Source: Paraconexibacteraceae bacterium
GTDB taxonomy: Bacteria > Actinomycetota > Thermoleophilia > Solirubrobacterales > Solirubrobacteraceae
NCBI GenBank assembly: GCA_963757775.1
Contig: CAVWSH010000001.1
Span: forward strand, 494,803-558,802
Reading direction: 5' to 3'
DNA length: 64,000 nucleotides
A model generated the notes under the pieces. It saw only the letters and a program-made list of their open reading frames with translations. It was not told the DNA's origin and did not search any database. Each line of letters begins with the position of its first letter. Positions within the stretch are counted from its first letter, which is position 1. Shown here piece by piece: positions 46,235 through 55,191 of the stretch. A program made the translations under genes and the position numbers.

Positions 46235-47269
46235 ATGAAGGCGATCGTGTGGCACGGGCCGGGACGCATGGCGATCGAGGAGCGCCCCGAGCCGAAGGAC
46301 CCCGGTGCGGGCGAGCTCGTCGTGCGCCCCGAGGCGGTCGGCATCTGCGGCTCGGAGGTCGAGGGCTACCTGGGCCACATGGGCAACCGCACCCCGCCGC
46401 TCGTGATGGGCCACGAGTTCGCGGGCGTCGTCGTGGCCGCCGGCGACGGAGCCGGCGTGTGGCAGGGCGCGCGCGTGACGGTCAACCCGCTCGCCGGCTG
46501 CGGGCACTGCCGGCTGTGCGCCGCCGGCCAGGAGAACCTCTGCCCGCGGCGCACGCTGATCGGCGTGCACCACGACGGCGCCTTCGCCGACCTCGTGACC
46601 GCGCCGGCGGCCAACGTGCGCGCGCTGCCCGACGACGTCACGGCGCGCGCCGGGGCGCTCGTCGAGCCGCTGGCCAACGGCGTGCACGCGGTGCGCCTGG
46701 GGCTGGCCGGCGAGCCGGTGGCGCAGGCCGTGGTCCTGGGCGCCGGGACGATCGGCCTCATGACCCTGCAGGCGGCGCTGCTGTCGGACATCGAGCACGT
46801 CAGCGTCCTCGAGCCTCAGGCGCAGCGGCGCGAGCGCGCCCTCGCCCTCGGCGCGCACGAGGCCTTCGGCGATGGCGACGAGGCGCTTGGCGCCGTGCGG
46901 GAGGCCACCGACGGGCTGGGCGCCGATCTCGTCCTCGACGCCGTCGGCGCGCAGGCGACGCGGGCCATGGCGCTCGAGCTGCTGCGTCCCGGCGCGCAGG
47001 CGGTGTGCATCGGCCTGGCCGCCGACGACACCACCCTCGGCTTCCACGGGATCGTGCGCGGCCAGCTCGGCCTGCGCGGGTCCTACGCCTACACGATGGC
47101 CGACTTCGAGCAGGCGCTCGAATGGCTGGCCGACGGGCGGGCGTCGGTGGGTGAGCTGCCGGAGGTGCAGCCCCTGGAGGACGGGCCCGACGCCTTCGCG
47201 CGCCTCGCCGAGGGACCGCCGCCCGCGACGGTCAAGGTCTTCCTCGCCGGCGCCGGACGGGACGCCTGA
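46235..47269 (+). CDS. Zinc-binding medium-chain alcohol/polyol dehydrogenase
   Basis: GHEFAGVV, structural-zinc GCGHCRLCAAGQENLC, and VVLGAGTIGL Rossmann motif. Confidence 0.9.
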   Translation: MKAIVWHGPGRMAIEERPEPKDPGAGELVVRPEAVGICGSEVEGYLGHMGNRTPPLVMGHEFAGVVVAAGDGAGVWQGARVTVNPLAGCGHCRLCAAGQENLCPRRTLIGVHHDGAFADLVTAPAANVRALPDDVTARAGALVEPLANGVHAVRLGLAGEPVAQAVVLGAGTIGLMTLQAALLSDIEHVSVLEPQAQRRERALALGAHEAFGDGDEALGAVREATDGLGADLVLDAVGAQATRAMALELLRPGAQAVCIGLAADDTTLGFHGIVRGQLGLRGSYAYTMADFEQALEWLADGRASVGELPEVQPLEDGPDAFARLAEGPPPATVKVFLAGAGRDA

Positions 47270-47271
47270 GC

Positions 47272-47997
47272 GTGGGCGGCCCGCTCGACGGGCGCGCGGC
47301 GCTGGTCACCGGCGCCTCGAGCGGCATCGGCCTGGCCACCGCGCTCGCCTTCGCCGATGCCGGCGCGCACGTGCACGCCGCCGCACGGCGCCCGGAGCTC
47401 ATCGAGCAGGCGGCCGGCGGGCGCGACATCGCCGCCCATCGCCTCGACGTCACCGATCGCGCCGCGGTCGGCGCGCTCGCCGAGCGCCTGACCGGCCAGG
47501 GGCCGCTGCATGCGCTCGTCGCGGCCGCGGGGACGAACATCAAGGCGCGCCGGCTCGAGCAGCTCACGCCCGAGGCCTTCGACGACCTCATCGCGCTGAA
47601 CCTCACCGGCACCTTCAACCTGATCCACGCGCTGCTGGAGGCGTTGCGCGCCGCGCGCGGCGACGTCGTGGTCATCGGCAGCGTGTCCGGGGCGTGGCCC
47701 GATCGCTCGGGCGCGACGTACCAGGCCTCCAAGGCCGCGGTGCAGGCCTTCGCGCGCGGCGCCGCCTTCGACGAGCGCCACGGCGTGCGCTTCACCTCGA
47801 TCATGCCGGGCCTGGTCGACACCGCGATCCTCGAGAACCGCCCCGAGCCGCCGACCGCGGAGCTGCGCGCGCAGATGCTGCACCCCGAGGACGTCGCCGC
47901 CGCCTGCCTGTTCGTCGTCTCGCTGCCGCCCCGCGCGCACGTGCCGGAGCTGACGATCCTTCCCACGGACCTGCAGGCGCTGGGGCGGACGACCTGA
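47272..47997 (+). CDS. Short-chain dehydrogenase/reductase (SDR)
   Basis: ALVTGASSGIG, NAAG-like AAAG, and YQASKAAV catalytic motif. GTG start. Confidence 0.9.
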   Translation: MGGPLDGRAALVTGASSGIGLATALAFADAGAHVHAAARRPELIEQAAGGRDIAAHRLDVTDRAAVGALAERLTGQGPLHALVAAAGTNIKARRLEQLTPEAFDDLIALNLTGTFNLIHALLEALRAARGDVVVIGSVSGAWPDRSGATYQASKAAVQAFARGAAFDERHGVRFTSIMPGLVDTAILENRPEPPTAELRAQMLHPEDVAAACLFVVSLPPRAHVPELTILPTDLQALGRTT

Positions 47998-48007
47998 GCG
48001 ACGCGCC

Positions 48008-48031
48008 GGCATCGGCCGGCCGGCCGATGCC
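48008..48031. terminator. Perfect 24-bp GC palindrome between convergent genes (hairpin, no U-tract)
   Basis: GGCATCGGCCGG/CCGGCCGATGCC, read directly, starting 10 nt after the SDR stop. Confidence 0.4.
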
Positions 48032-48129
48032 CTCTCGCGAGAGCATCGGCCCCTCCTTCTCGGCCGTCTCGGCCTGGGAGATGAGCCATGTGCGCTCGGC
48101 CGTCGCGAGGGCGAAACGACCGGTCGCGG

Positions 48130-49259
48130 CTACTCGGCAGGCACCTTGAACACGTCGTCCTGCACGGCCGCCCCAGTGTTGGCACGGATGATCTGGGCCA
48201 GTGAGCGGCGCGCGCTGATCCCGAACATCTGCTGGATCAGCGGGAGCGCCGGGTCGTTGAGGTAGAAGAAGCGGTCGCCGTCGCGCGTGTTCTCGAACTG
48301 CTTCCTCCAGATGGCCTGCTGCAGCGGGCCCAGGTCGCTGCCGGCCGCGTGCGGCTCGGAGACCATGCCGATGAAGGCGTCGACCGCGGACTGGCGCCCG
48401 TAGACCGCCTTCAGCCGCGACGCGAGGCTCGTCCTGCGAACCCCCACGACCGCGTCCTCCTGCGCGTCGGGGGAACCCAGCGCCACCGGGTTGCCCTCGT
48501 CGTCGCGCAGCGCGACGAAATCCATGTTCTTCGGGTCGTTCGGGTCGATCACCGGCGTGCTCGCGTCGAAGAGCTTGCCGCGCGCCAGTCCGTAGGCCGC
48601 GCGCATCTGGTCGTAGCTCGGCATCCCGTGATCGCGGCCGCGCGCGACGTCGTCGGCGCCCAGGTCGGCCACTCCTGCGAACCACGCGCCTGTGACGACC
48701 GGCTCCAGGCAGGCGCTCGGGTCGGTCGTCGTCGGCTTGGGGACCTCGACGAGCACGCTGCGCAGCGAGTCGTCGATCTGCTCGTCGTTCTTGTCCTGGC
48801 GCTCTCCGGCGAGCCCCCCGGCGAGCGGCCCAGGGCCGATCCGCTCCAGGAGGTCCGGATCGCCGAAGGCCAGGCTGAGCGGCACGACGAGTGTCACGAT
48901 GCCCGCGTCGTGCTCGACCACGATCCCGCGCGCCGCGAACGACGTGAGCTGAGCGGCGCTCCATGTGCCCTCGGGGGCCGACGGCTCCATCTCGCCGTGC
49001 ACCATCGAGTGCGCGCGGAAGCCGACCGTCGCGAACTCGTTGGACTCGGTCGGGTCGACGTTCGGCTTGTAGCCCTCGAGCCGCTCGTCATCTTGATCCC
49101 CAGCGCGTCGGCCAGGCGCTCGGCCTCGCGGGCCAGCACGACGACCATCACGGGCGGATCGGCGCCCGAGGTGAGCCCGCGCGGAGCACTGCTGAGCGCG
49201 CGCATGAGCACGTCGAGCGTGGCGTCAACCACCAACGCCCGTGAGGCGTCTTGTGCCAT
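48130..49259 (-). pseudogene. Animal-haem-peroxidase family gene remnant: N-terminally truncated with at least one frameshift (near 49098-49101)
   Basis: C-terminal part intact (NEFATVGFRAHSM, RGRDHGMPSYDQMR, QFENTRDGDRFFY). The upstream LAREAERLADALG segment is in another frame. About 200 N-terminal residues are absent. Confidence 0.7.
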
Positions 49260-49517
49260 GGGGTCCGGGGTGCGACAAACGGCCTGGGGGACCCTCAGCA
49301 TCTCGACTGCCTGACGGCGGAGCCCTCCGCTTGCGGTTAATGCACCGCAATCGGGCGTGAGCTGTGCAGATCCCCACGCCGCCCTACCGGCCGTCGCGTC
49401 CAACCGTCCGGCAGCCCGGTCATGCGATGAGGGCTCCCGCACCGCGCCTGCAGCGTCGGCCGACACGTTGACGGCGGGCCGACGCCGGTGCTGGCGCGAT
49501 CGCGCTCAGCAGCGCGG

Positions 49518-50123
49518 TTACGGCGTCTGGGAGGCCGCCTTGGCCTTCGACCACTCGGCCTTGTGAACGCGCTTGGCAGCCTGGTAGTCGGCCAGCGCCT
49601 GGGGGGAATCGACGTCGCCGAGGGTCGGGTGCCACGGGACCAGCTCCTGGGCGGCTTCGACGCCGAAGCGCTTGGCCAGCACCGCCCCCAGCGCCTTGAC
49701 CTTCATCTCCCCGAACCCCGGCAGCGCGGCGAGATTGGCCCGCAGCGCGGGGCCGTCGGCGGCGTCGGTCCACACGCGCGCGGCGTCGCCGCCGTACGTG
49801 TCGCGCACGTGCACCGCGAGGTCGTGCACGCGCTGGGCCATCGCGCCCGGGAAGCGATGGATGGCCGGGCGCTCGCGGAACACGGGCTCGAGATCGGTCT
49901 CCGCCAGCGTGTCGGCATCGAGCGACCCGAGCCGCTCGCGGAGCACGAGCGGCCCGGAGAAGGCCTTCTGCACCGAGACCTGCTGGTCGAGCGCGAAGCC
50001 GACCAGCAGGGCCATCGGATCGGACGTGATCAGCGCGTTGGCCTCGTCGGACTCGGTGAAGTGCAGATGATCGGGCACCCGACGATCGTACTCAGCACGC
50101 GTCGGAGTACGCGGGCTCGGCAT
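49518..50123 (-). CDS. HhH-GPD-type base-excision DNA repair protein (actinobacterial ~200-aa family)
   Basis: DPMALLVGFALDQQV...HRFPGAMAQRV...LPGFGEMKVKAL pattern. Alternative GTG start at 50078. Confidence 0.7.
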   Translation of the reverse strand: MPSPRTPTRAEYDRRVPDHLHFTESDEANALITSDPMALLVGFALDQQVSVQKAFSGPLVLRERLGSLDADTLAETDLEPVFRERPAIHRFPGAMAQRVHDLAVHVRDTYGGDAARVWTDAADGPALRANLAALPGFGEMKVKALGAVLAKRFGVEAAQELVPWHPTLGDVDSPQALADYQAAKRVHKAEWSKAKAASQTP

Positions 50124-51573
50124 GACGACGGTCCGCGTGCGCCTCGGCGTGGTGCGCCGGCGCCGGGCTGCCCGAGCGCAGCACGCTGAGGGCCACCACG
50201 ATGGCGACGCCGACGAGCGCCGCGCCGACCAGGTAGGCCAGGTGGAAGCCGCCGTTGAGCGCGGCCTCGGCCGAGTCGCCGCCGGCGCGCAGGGTGGCCG
50301 TGCGCTCGCTGGCGAGGGTGGCCAGCACGGCGAGGCCGATGGCGCCGCCGACCTGCACGCTCGTGTTGATGAGGCCCGAGGCCAGGCCCGAGTCGCTGGG
50401 GGTGGCGCCCGACATGGCGAGCCCCATGAGCGACGGGAAGCCCAGGCCGGCGCCGATGCCGATGAAGATCGTCGCGGGCATCACCTGCGTCGCGTACGTG
50501 GCGTCGACCGGCGTCAGCGAGAAGAGCAGCACGCCGGCGCCGATCGCGACCAGGCTGACCAGCAGCATCGCCTTCGGGCCGTAGCGCATGGCCAGCGGGC
50601 CGGACAGCTTCAGCGACATCGTGCCCATGACCACGGTCGAGGGCAGGAAGGCCAGGCCGACTTCGAGCGGGGAGTAGCCCAGGATGCGCTGCAGGTACAG
50701 CGCGCCCAGGAAGAACATCCCGAACATCCCCACCACGAGCAGGGCGATGACGACGTTGGCGCCCGCGACGTTGCGCGAATGGAAGAGGCGCAGCGGCATC
50801 AGCGGGTTGGCGATGCGCGCCTGGCGCGCGACGAAGGCGGCCAGGAGGGCGAGCGAGACAGCCCCGAGGCCGAGCGTGCGCGTCGAGCCCCAGCCGTGCT
50901 CGGAGACCTGCAGGATGGTGTAGACGCCGAGCATCAGCCCGCCCGTGAGCAGCACGGCGCCCGGCAGGTCGGCGCCCGCCTTCAGCCCGATCCCCGGCTT
51001 GTCGGCCACCAGGCGCGTGGCCAGGAAGGCGGTCACGAGGCCGACCGGGATGTTGATGAAGAAGATCCAGTGCCAGTTGATGGCCTCGGTCAGCGCCCCG
51101 CCGGCGAGCAGGCCGATGGAGCCGCCCGCGGAGGCGACGAAGCCGTAGACGCCGATCGCCTTCGCCTGCTCGCGCGGCTCGGGGAACATGGTCACGATCA
51201 TGCCCAGGATCACGGCGGAGGTCAGCGCGCCGCCGACGCCCTGCACGAAGCGGGCGGCGATGAGCAGGCCCTGGCTCTGCGACACCGCGCACAGCAGCGA
51301 CGCGGCGGTGAAGACGGCCAGGCCGACCAGGAAGATGCGCCGCTGGCCGATGAGGTCGCCCATGCGCCCGGCCAGCAGCAGCAGGCCGCCGAAGGCGATC
51401 AGGTAGGCGTTCACGACCCAGGCGAGGTTGCTCTGGGAGAAGCCCAGGTCGTCCTGGATGGAGGGAAGGGCGACGTTCACGATCGTCGCGTCGATGACGA
51501 TCATGAGCACACCCGCGCACAGCACGTAGAGAGCGATCCAGCGCTTGCGGTCGTTCACGGTCTCGGCAGTCAA
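50092..51573 (-). CDS. MFS transporter, DHA2 (EmrB/QacA, 14-TM) drug:H+ antiporter family
   Basis: VALPSIQDDLGFS and GRMGDLIGQRRIF motifs; 14 predicted TM segments. Confidence 0.9.
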   Translation of the reverse strand: MTAETVNDRKRWIALYVLCAGVLMIVIDATIVNVALPSIQDDLGFSQSNLAWVVNAYLIAFGGLLLLAGRMGDLIGQRRIFLVGLAVFTAASLLCAVSQSQGLLIAARFVQGVGGALTSAVILGMIVTMFPEPREQAKAIGVYGFVASAGGSIGLLAGGALTEAINWHWIFFINIPVGLVTAFLATRLVADKPGIGLKAGADLPGAVLLTGGLMLGVYTILQVSEHGWGSTRTLGLGAVSLALLAAFVARQARIANPLMPLRLFHSRNVAGANVVIALLVVGMFGMFFLGALYLQRILGYSPLEVGLAFLPSTVVMGTMSLKLSGPLAMRYGPKAMLLVSLVAIGAGVLLFSLTPVDATYATQVMPATIFIGIGAGLGFPSLMGLAMSGATPSDSGLASGLINTSVQVGGAIGLAVLATLASERTATLRAGGDSAEAALNGGFHLAYLVGAALVGVAIVVALSVLRSGSPAPAHHAEAHADRRHAEPAYSDAC

Positions 51574-51663
51574 CGGTCTCGGGCTCCTCGTCGTCGGTGG
51601 TCGTAGGTAAGACCAGCCGGCGGCCGGAAACTCATCGCAGCCGTATGTCGGGTCGGCGGAGCG

Positions 51664-51855
51664 TCAGTCCGAGGACTTCTCCTGGCCCTCGCCGAAGTCG
51701 CGCTCCTCGGCGGGCGCGGTGGTCTCCTGGCCCTCGGCGAAGTCGCGCTCCTCGCCGGGCAGCATGTTCTCCTCGCCTTCGGCGAAGTCGCGCTCGGGTC
51801 CCTTCGGCGTGGTCCTCTCACCGGCGGCGAAGTCGCCGTGGCTCTCGTCGGACAT
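51664..51855 (-). CDS. Small acidic repeat protein (63 aa; 4 x ~15-aa [E]RDFAEG[EQ]E units)
   Basis: AGGAGG 5 nt before the ATG. Repeats DFAAGE / ERDFAEGEE / ERDFAEGQE / ERDFGEGQE. Confidence 0.6.
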   Translation of the reverse strand: MSDESHGDFAAGERTTPKGPERDFAEGEENMLPGEERDFAEGQETTAPAEERDFGEGQEKSSD

Positions 51856-51919
51856 GTGGCCTCCTATCGGGGTGCCGTACGAGCCTATCTCGCCTGCCGC
51901 CCTCGCGCACAGATCCGGC

Positions 51920-52652
51920 TCACAACCGCCCGGCGTTCTTCAGCGGCCAGTAGCGGTACTTGACGACGCCCGTGATCGCCTTGGTCGGCACCGGCCCCCA
52001 GAAGCGGCTGTCGTCCGATTCGCCGCGGAAGTCGCCGGCCAGGAACCAGGCGCCCTTCGGAACGGTGATGGGCTGGGGCAGCTCGCAGATGGCCTCGATG
52101 CAACTGCGCGCATAGGGCTCGCTGACCGGGCGGCCGTTGCGCACCACCAGACCGTGGCGGAAGGCGACCGTGTCGCCCGGCCCGGCCACGACGCGCTTGA
52201 TGAAGACGACATCGGCCAGCTCGGGCATCGCGCGCGCGCACGCGGCCTTCGCGTCGTCGGGGCGCGGGATCCCGCAGCGGCTTTCCACGGCCCTCGACGG
52301 GCGGGTGGGCGATGACGACGTCGCCGACGTGCGGGGGGCGGTCGTGACGGTCGGCGAGGATGCGATCCCCCACCTCGATCGTCGGCTCCATCGATCCGCT
52401 CGGGACCCGGTAGGGCTTGAACCACAGCGTTCCCACCACCTGGCTGGCGAGCAGGAAGACCGCCAGCGGCATGAGGGCGACGACGATGCCCGCCGCGCGC
52501 CGTCCGGTGGCGAGCAGCGCCAGCCCGGCGACGATCACGACTCCGGCCAGCACCAGCCCGGCGGCCGGCGCCACCCAGAGCACGGCCAGGGCGACGACCG
52601 AGGCCGCGATGGCCACGACGACCAGGATCGGCGTGCTCGCCCGCGTGCTCAT
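51920..52652 (-). pseudogene. lepB: Signal peptidase I split by a 1-nt frameshift near 52285-52292
   Basis: The N-terminal ORF carries SGSMEPT (Ser box). The second frame carries FIKRVVAGPGD (Lys box) and GDFRGESDDSRFWGPV (box E). Confidence 0.75.
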
Positions 52653-52738
52653 GGATGGGCCGACGGCGCCGCGACGGAGACCTCGCGGTCACCTGGCCCG
52701 GCCGGGCGCGTCTCGACCACCACCCATACGATCGCAGT

Positions 52739-53549
52739 GTGACCACCTTCGCCTGGCGCGGTCGCGACGTCGCGTGGCAGCGGACGGGCTCCGGCCCGCC
52801 CGTCGTCCTCTGCCACGGGACGCCGTTCTCGTCGGCCATCTGGCGCCCGTTCGCGGACGCGCTCAGCGCCGACCACACCGTCCACGTCTGGGACATGCCC
52901 GGTTACGGCGCGTCGTCGAAGGCCGCCGGCCAGGCCGTCGACCTCGGCGTCCAGGGCGAGCTGCTCGCCGACCTGATCGTCGAGTGGGGCCTCGATCGTC
53001 CCCACGTGGTCGCCCACGACCTCGGCGGCGCCGTCCCTGCGGGCGCACCTGCTGCGCGGAGCCCGCTACCGGTCGCTGATGCTCGTCGACGTGGTCGCGA
53101 TCCCGCCCACGGGCTCGCCGTTCTTCCGCTTCGTCCAGGAGCACCCCGGGCTGCTGGCGAAGCTCCCCGCGTACATCCACGGGGCCATCGTCACCGCCTA
53201 CGTCCGGGGCGCCAGCCATCGCGGGGCTGCGCGACGAGGACCTCGACGAGCTCGTGGCGCCGTGGCTCACCGCCGAAGGGCAGGCCGCCTCTATCGCCAG
53301 ATCGAGCAGTTCGATGATCGCTACCTCGAGGAGTTCCAGGGGCGCCTCGCCGAGATCGACATCCCCGTGCGGATCATGTGGGGCAGCGAGGACGCCTGGA
53401 TCGCCCCCGCCGTCGGGCGGCGCCTGAGCCGGCTCATCCCGACGGCCGGCCTCCGGCTCGCCGGCGGCGCCGGCCACCTCGTGCACCACGACGCCCCCGC
53501 GGCCCTGGCCGACGAGCTGCGCGCGTGGCTGGCCGCCCAGGCGCCGTAG
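52739..53549 (+). pseudogene. Alpha/beta-hydrolase fold protein with three frameshifts (near 53035-53037, 53223-53226 and 53288-53289)
   Basis: The pieces VVLCHGTPFSS...HVVAHDLGGAV | LRAHLLRGARYRSLMLVDVVAI...YVRGASHRG | LRDEDLDELVAPWLTAEGQAA | YRQIEQFD...GHLVHHDAP lie in different frames. All three shifts are at C or G runs. Confidence 0.75.
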
Positions 53550-53602
53550 CCGAGGCCATCGAGCCGCGGTGTTCGGCATCGCCAGACGGGTACACCCCCT
53601 TG

Positions 53603-53911
53603 GTGGCCGAGCCCGTCGTCATCGCCCCCGAGGGAGAGCTCGACCTCCATACGCTCGACGCGCTGGCTCCGCGGCTCGACGAGGCGGCGGCCGCCGACTA
53701 CCCGCACCTCATCCTCGACCTGTCGGCCGTGACGCTCGTGGACTCGAGCGCGCTCGGCGCCATCGCGCAGACGCAGCATCGCTTCAACGGGCGCGGTCGC
53801 AGGCTCTCGCTGGTCGCCCCGGCCGGAAGCGCGGCCGCGGTGTTGCTGGAGCTGAGCGGACTGCGATCGCGCTTCTCGCTCTTCAGCTCCCGCGACGCGG
53901 CGTCGACATGA
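53603..53911 (+). CDS. STAS-domain anti-sigma-factor antagonist
   Basis: GELDLHTLDALAPRLDEA...LILDLSAVTLVDSSALGAI...GRRLSLVAP pattern. GTG/TTG start. Confidence 0.75.
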   Translation: MAEPVVIAPEGELDLHTLDALAPRLDEAAAADYPHLILDLSAVTLVDSSALGAIAQTQHRFNGRGRRLSLVAPAGSAAAVLLELSGLRSRFSLFSSRDAAST

Positions 53912-54227
53912 GCGCCGCCCCCCGCGGCCGCGCGTTCAGGACCATGTCCGTCCTGCGCTCCTCGCCCGAGGGGGACAAGGGCAGCGGGCTGTGGCTGCCG
54001 TTGCTCGACGGCACGGAGCGGATGGGGGTCATGCAGATGCCGCGCGACTGGCGCGGACGCTGTCCGCACCGCCCGCTGCGCCCCTGGGCATCCCGCTGGC
54101 GGGGCCGCCGGCGGAGTTGGCCGAGGAGTCGCTCGAGCCCGGGGGGACCTACTATTGCTCCACACCGACGGGCTGACCGGCGCATCGGCGTCATCCAGGC
54201 ACCTGGCCGTGCAATGACGGCACGCGC
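53908..54227 (+). pseudogene. Heavily deleted remnant of a PP2C/SpoIIE-type phosphatase
   Basis: N-terminal-type piece GLWLPLLDGTERMGVMQM, then in another frame LEPGG..LLLLHTDGLTGA (54149-54184), followed by an early stop. Only about 320 nt where more than 1 kb would be expected. Confidence 0.4.
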
Positions 54228-54232
54228 GGGCG

Positions 54233-54676
54233 CTACTGGGCCCGCAGCGCGCTGAGCAGGCGCTGGAGGGAGGCGCGCAGGGCCTCTAGCTCCTCGGGAC
54301 TGGTCAGCTGCGCCCAGTGCTCCTCGACGCGCGCGGCGGTCGCGTGCGTGAGCGGCCTGACCGCCTCGCCGCGCTCGGTGAGGAAGACCAGCCGCGAGCG
54401 CCGGTCGCGCGGGTTGGGGCGGCGCTCGACGTAGCCCATGTCCTCCAGCTCGCTCACCGCCTGGGCCATCGTCTGCTTGCGCACCCGGGCCAGCGCGGCG
54501 AGCTCGGAGACGCTGATGCCCTCGGGCGGAACGAACGGGAAGACGTTCGCGTGCGGGGAGCGGATGTCACCGAAGCCGGCGGCGCGATGCGCCGCGTGGA
54601 TGTCCTCGGAGTAGTGCTGGTACAGCAGTCGCAGCAGCAATCCGATCAGCGGGCGCGGGAGGTGGTTCGCTTCCAT
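54233..54676 (-). CDS. MarR family transcriptional regulator
   Basis: ISVSELAALARVRKQTMAQAVSELEDMGYVERRPNPRDRRSRLVFLTERG winged helix. Confidence 0.85.
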   Translation of the reverse strand: MEANHLPRPLIGLLLRLLYQHYSEDIHAAHRAAGFGDIRSPHANVFPFVPPEGISVSELAALARVRKQTMAQAVSELEDMGYVERRPNPRDRRSRLVFLTERGEAVRPLTHATAARVEEHWAQLTSPEELEALRASLQRLLSALRAQ

Positions 54677-54681
54677 GGATG

Positions 54682-54723
54682 GACAGGTACCTGTCTACTT
54701 GCTACATTGGTCAGGCACCTGTC
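54682..54723. promoter_or_regulatory. Two 14-bp dyads (GACAGGTACCTGTC; GTCAGGCACCTGTC) between divergent MarR-type genes; putative operators
   Basis: Read directly at 54682-54695 (perfect palindrome) and 54710-54723. The centres are 28 bp apart. Confidence 0.45.
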
Positions 54724-54747
54724 AATCGTAGTGGAACGGAGCCTGAG

Positions 54748-55191
54748 ATGAGCACCACCCCGGACCCCTTCGCCCAGTTCGGGCAGACCCTGGCCTTCGC
54801 CGAGCGCGCGCTGACGGCCGTGCTGCGCCGGCACCTCGCCGAGCGTCAGACCACGCCCGAGACCTGGTACGCCCTGCAGCTGATCGCCACGCGGGGGCCC
54901 GGGCTCGACCGCGAGGCGCTCAGCCGCGACCTCGAGGGCTCGCCGACCCTCGACGCCGACGCCACGCGCGCGCTGCTCGCCCGCCTCGAGGCCGATGGGC
55001 TCATCCGCGGCGACGCCGAGGTCGACCTGACGGCGGCGGGCGAGGCCGTGCACCGCGCCCTGCGCGAGTCGATCGCCGGCCCGCGCAACGAGCTGCTGAG
55101 CCAGTTCGACGTCGAGGACGTCAAGACGACCATCCGCACGCTGCAGGCGATCACCGCGCGGGCCGAGGAGCAGCTCGCGATCGCGGGCTAA
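54748..55191 (+). CDS. MarR-like winged-helix regulator
   Basis: ERALTAVLRRHL...TWYALQLIATRG...LLARLEADGLIRGD pattern; weaker match than the divergent neighbour. Confidence 0.6.
   Translation: MSTTPDPFAQFGQTLAFAERALTAVLRRHLAERQTTPETWYALQLIATRGPGLDREALSRDLEGSPTLDADATRALLARLEADGLIRGDAEVDLTAAGEAVHRALRESIAGPRNELLSQFDVEDVKTTIRTLQAITARAEEQLAIAG

Noticed and set aside
51920-53549. Programmed ribosomal frameshifting as the explanation for the split lepB and hydrolase genes
   Set aside because: There are no slippery heptamers or downstream stimulatory structures at the junctions. The hydrolase would need three separate shifts in both directions. Indels in homopolymers (mutation or sequencing error) fit better.
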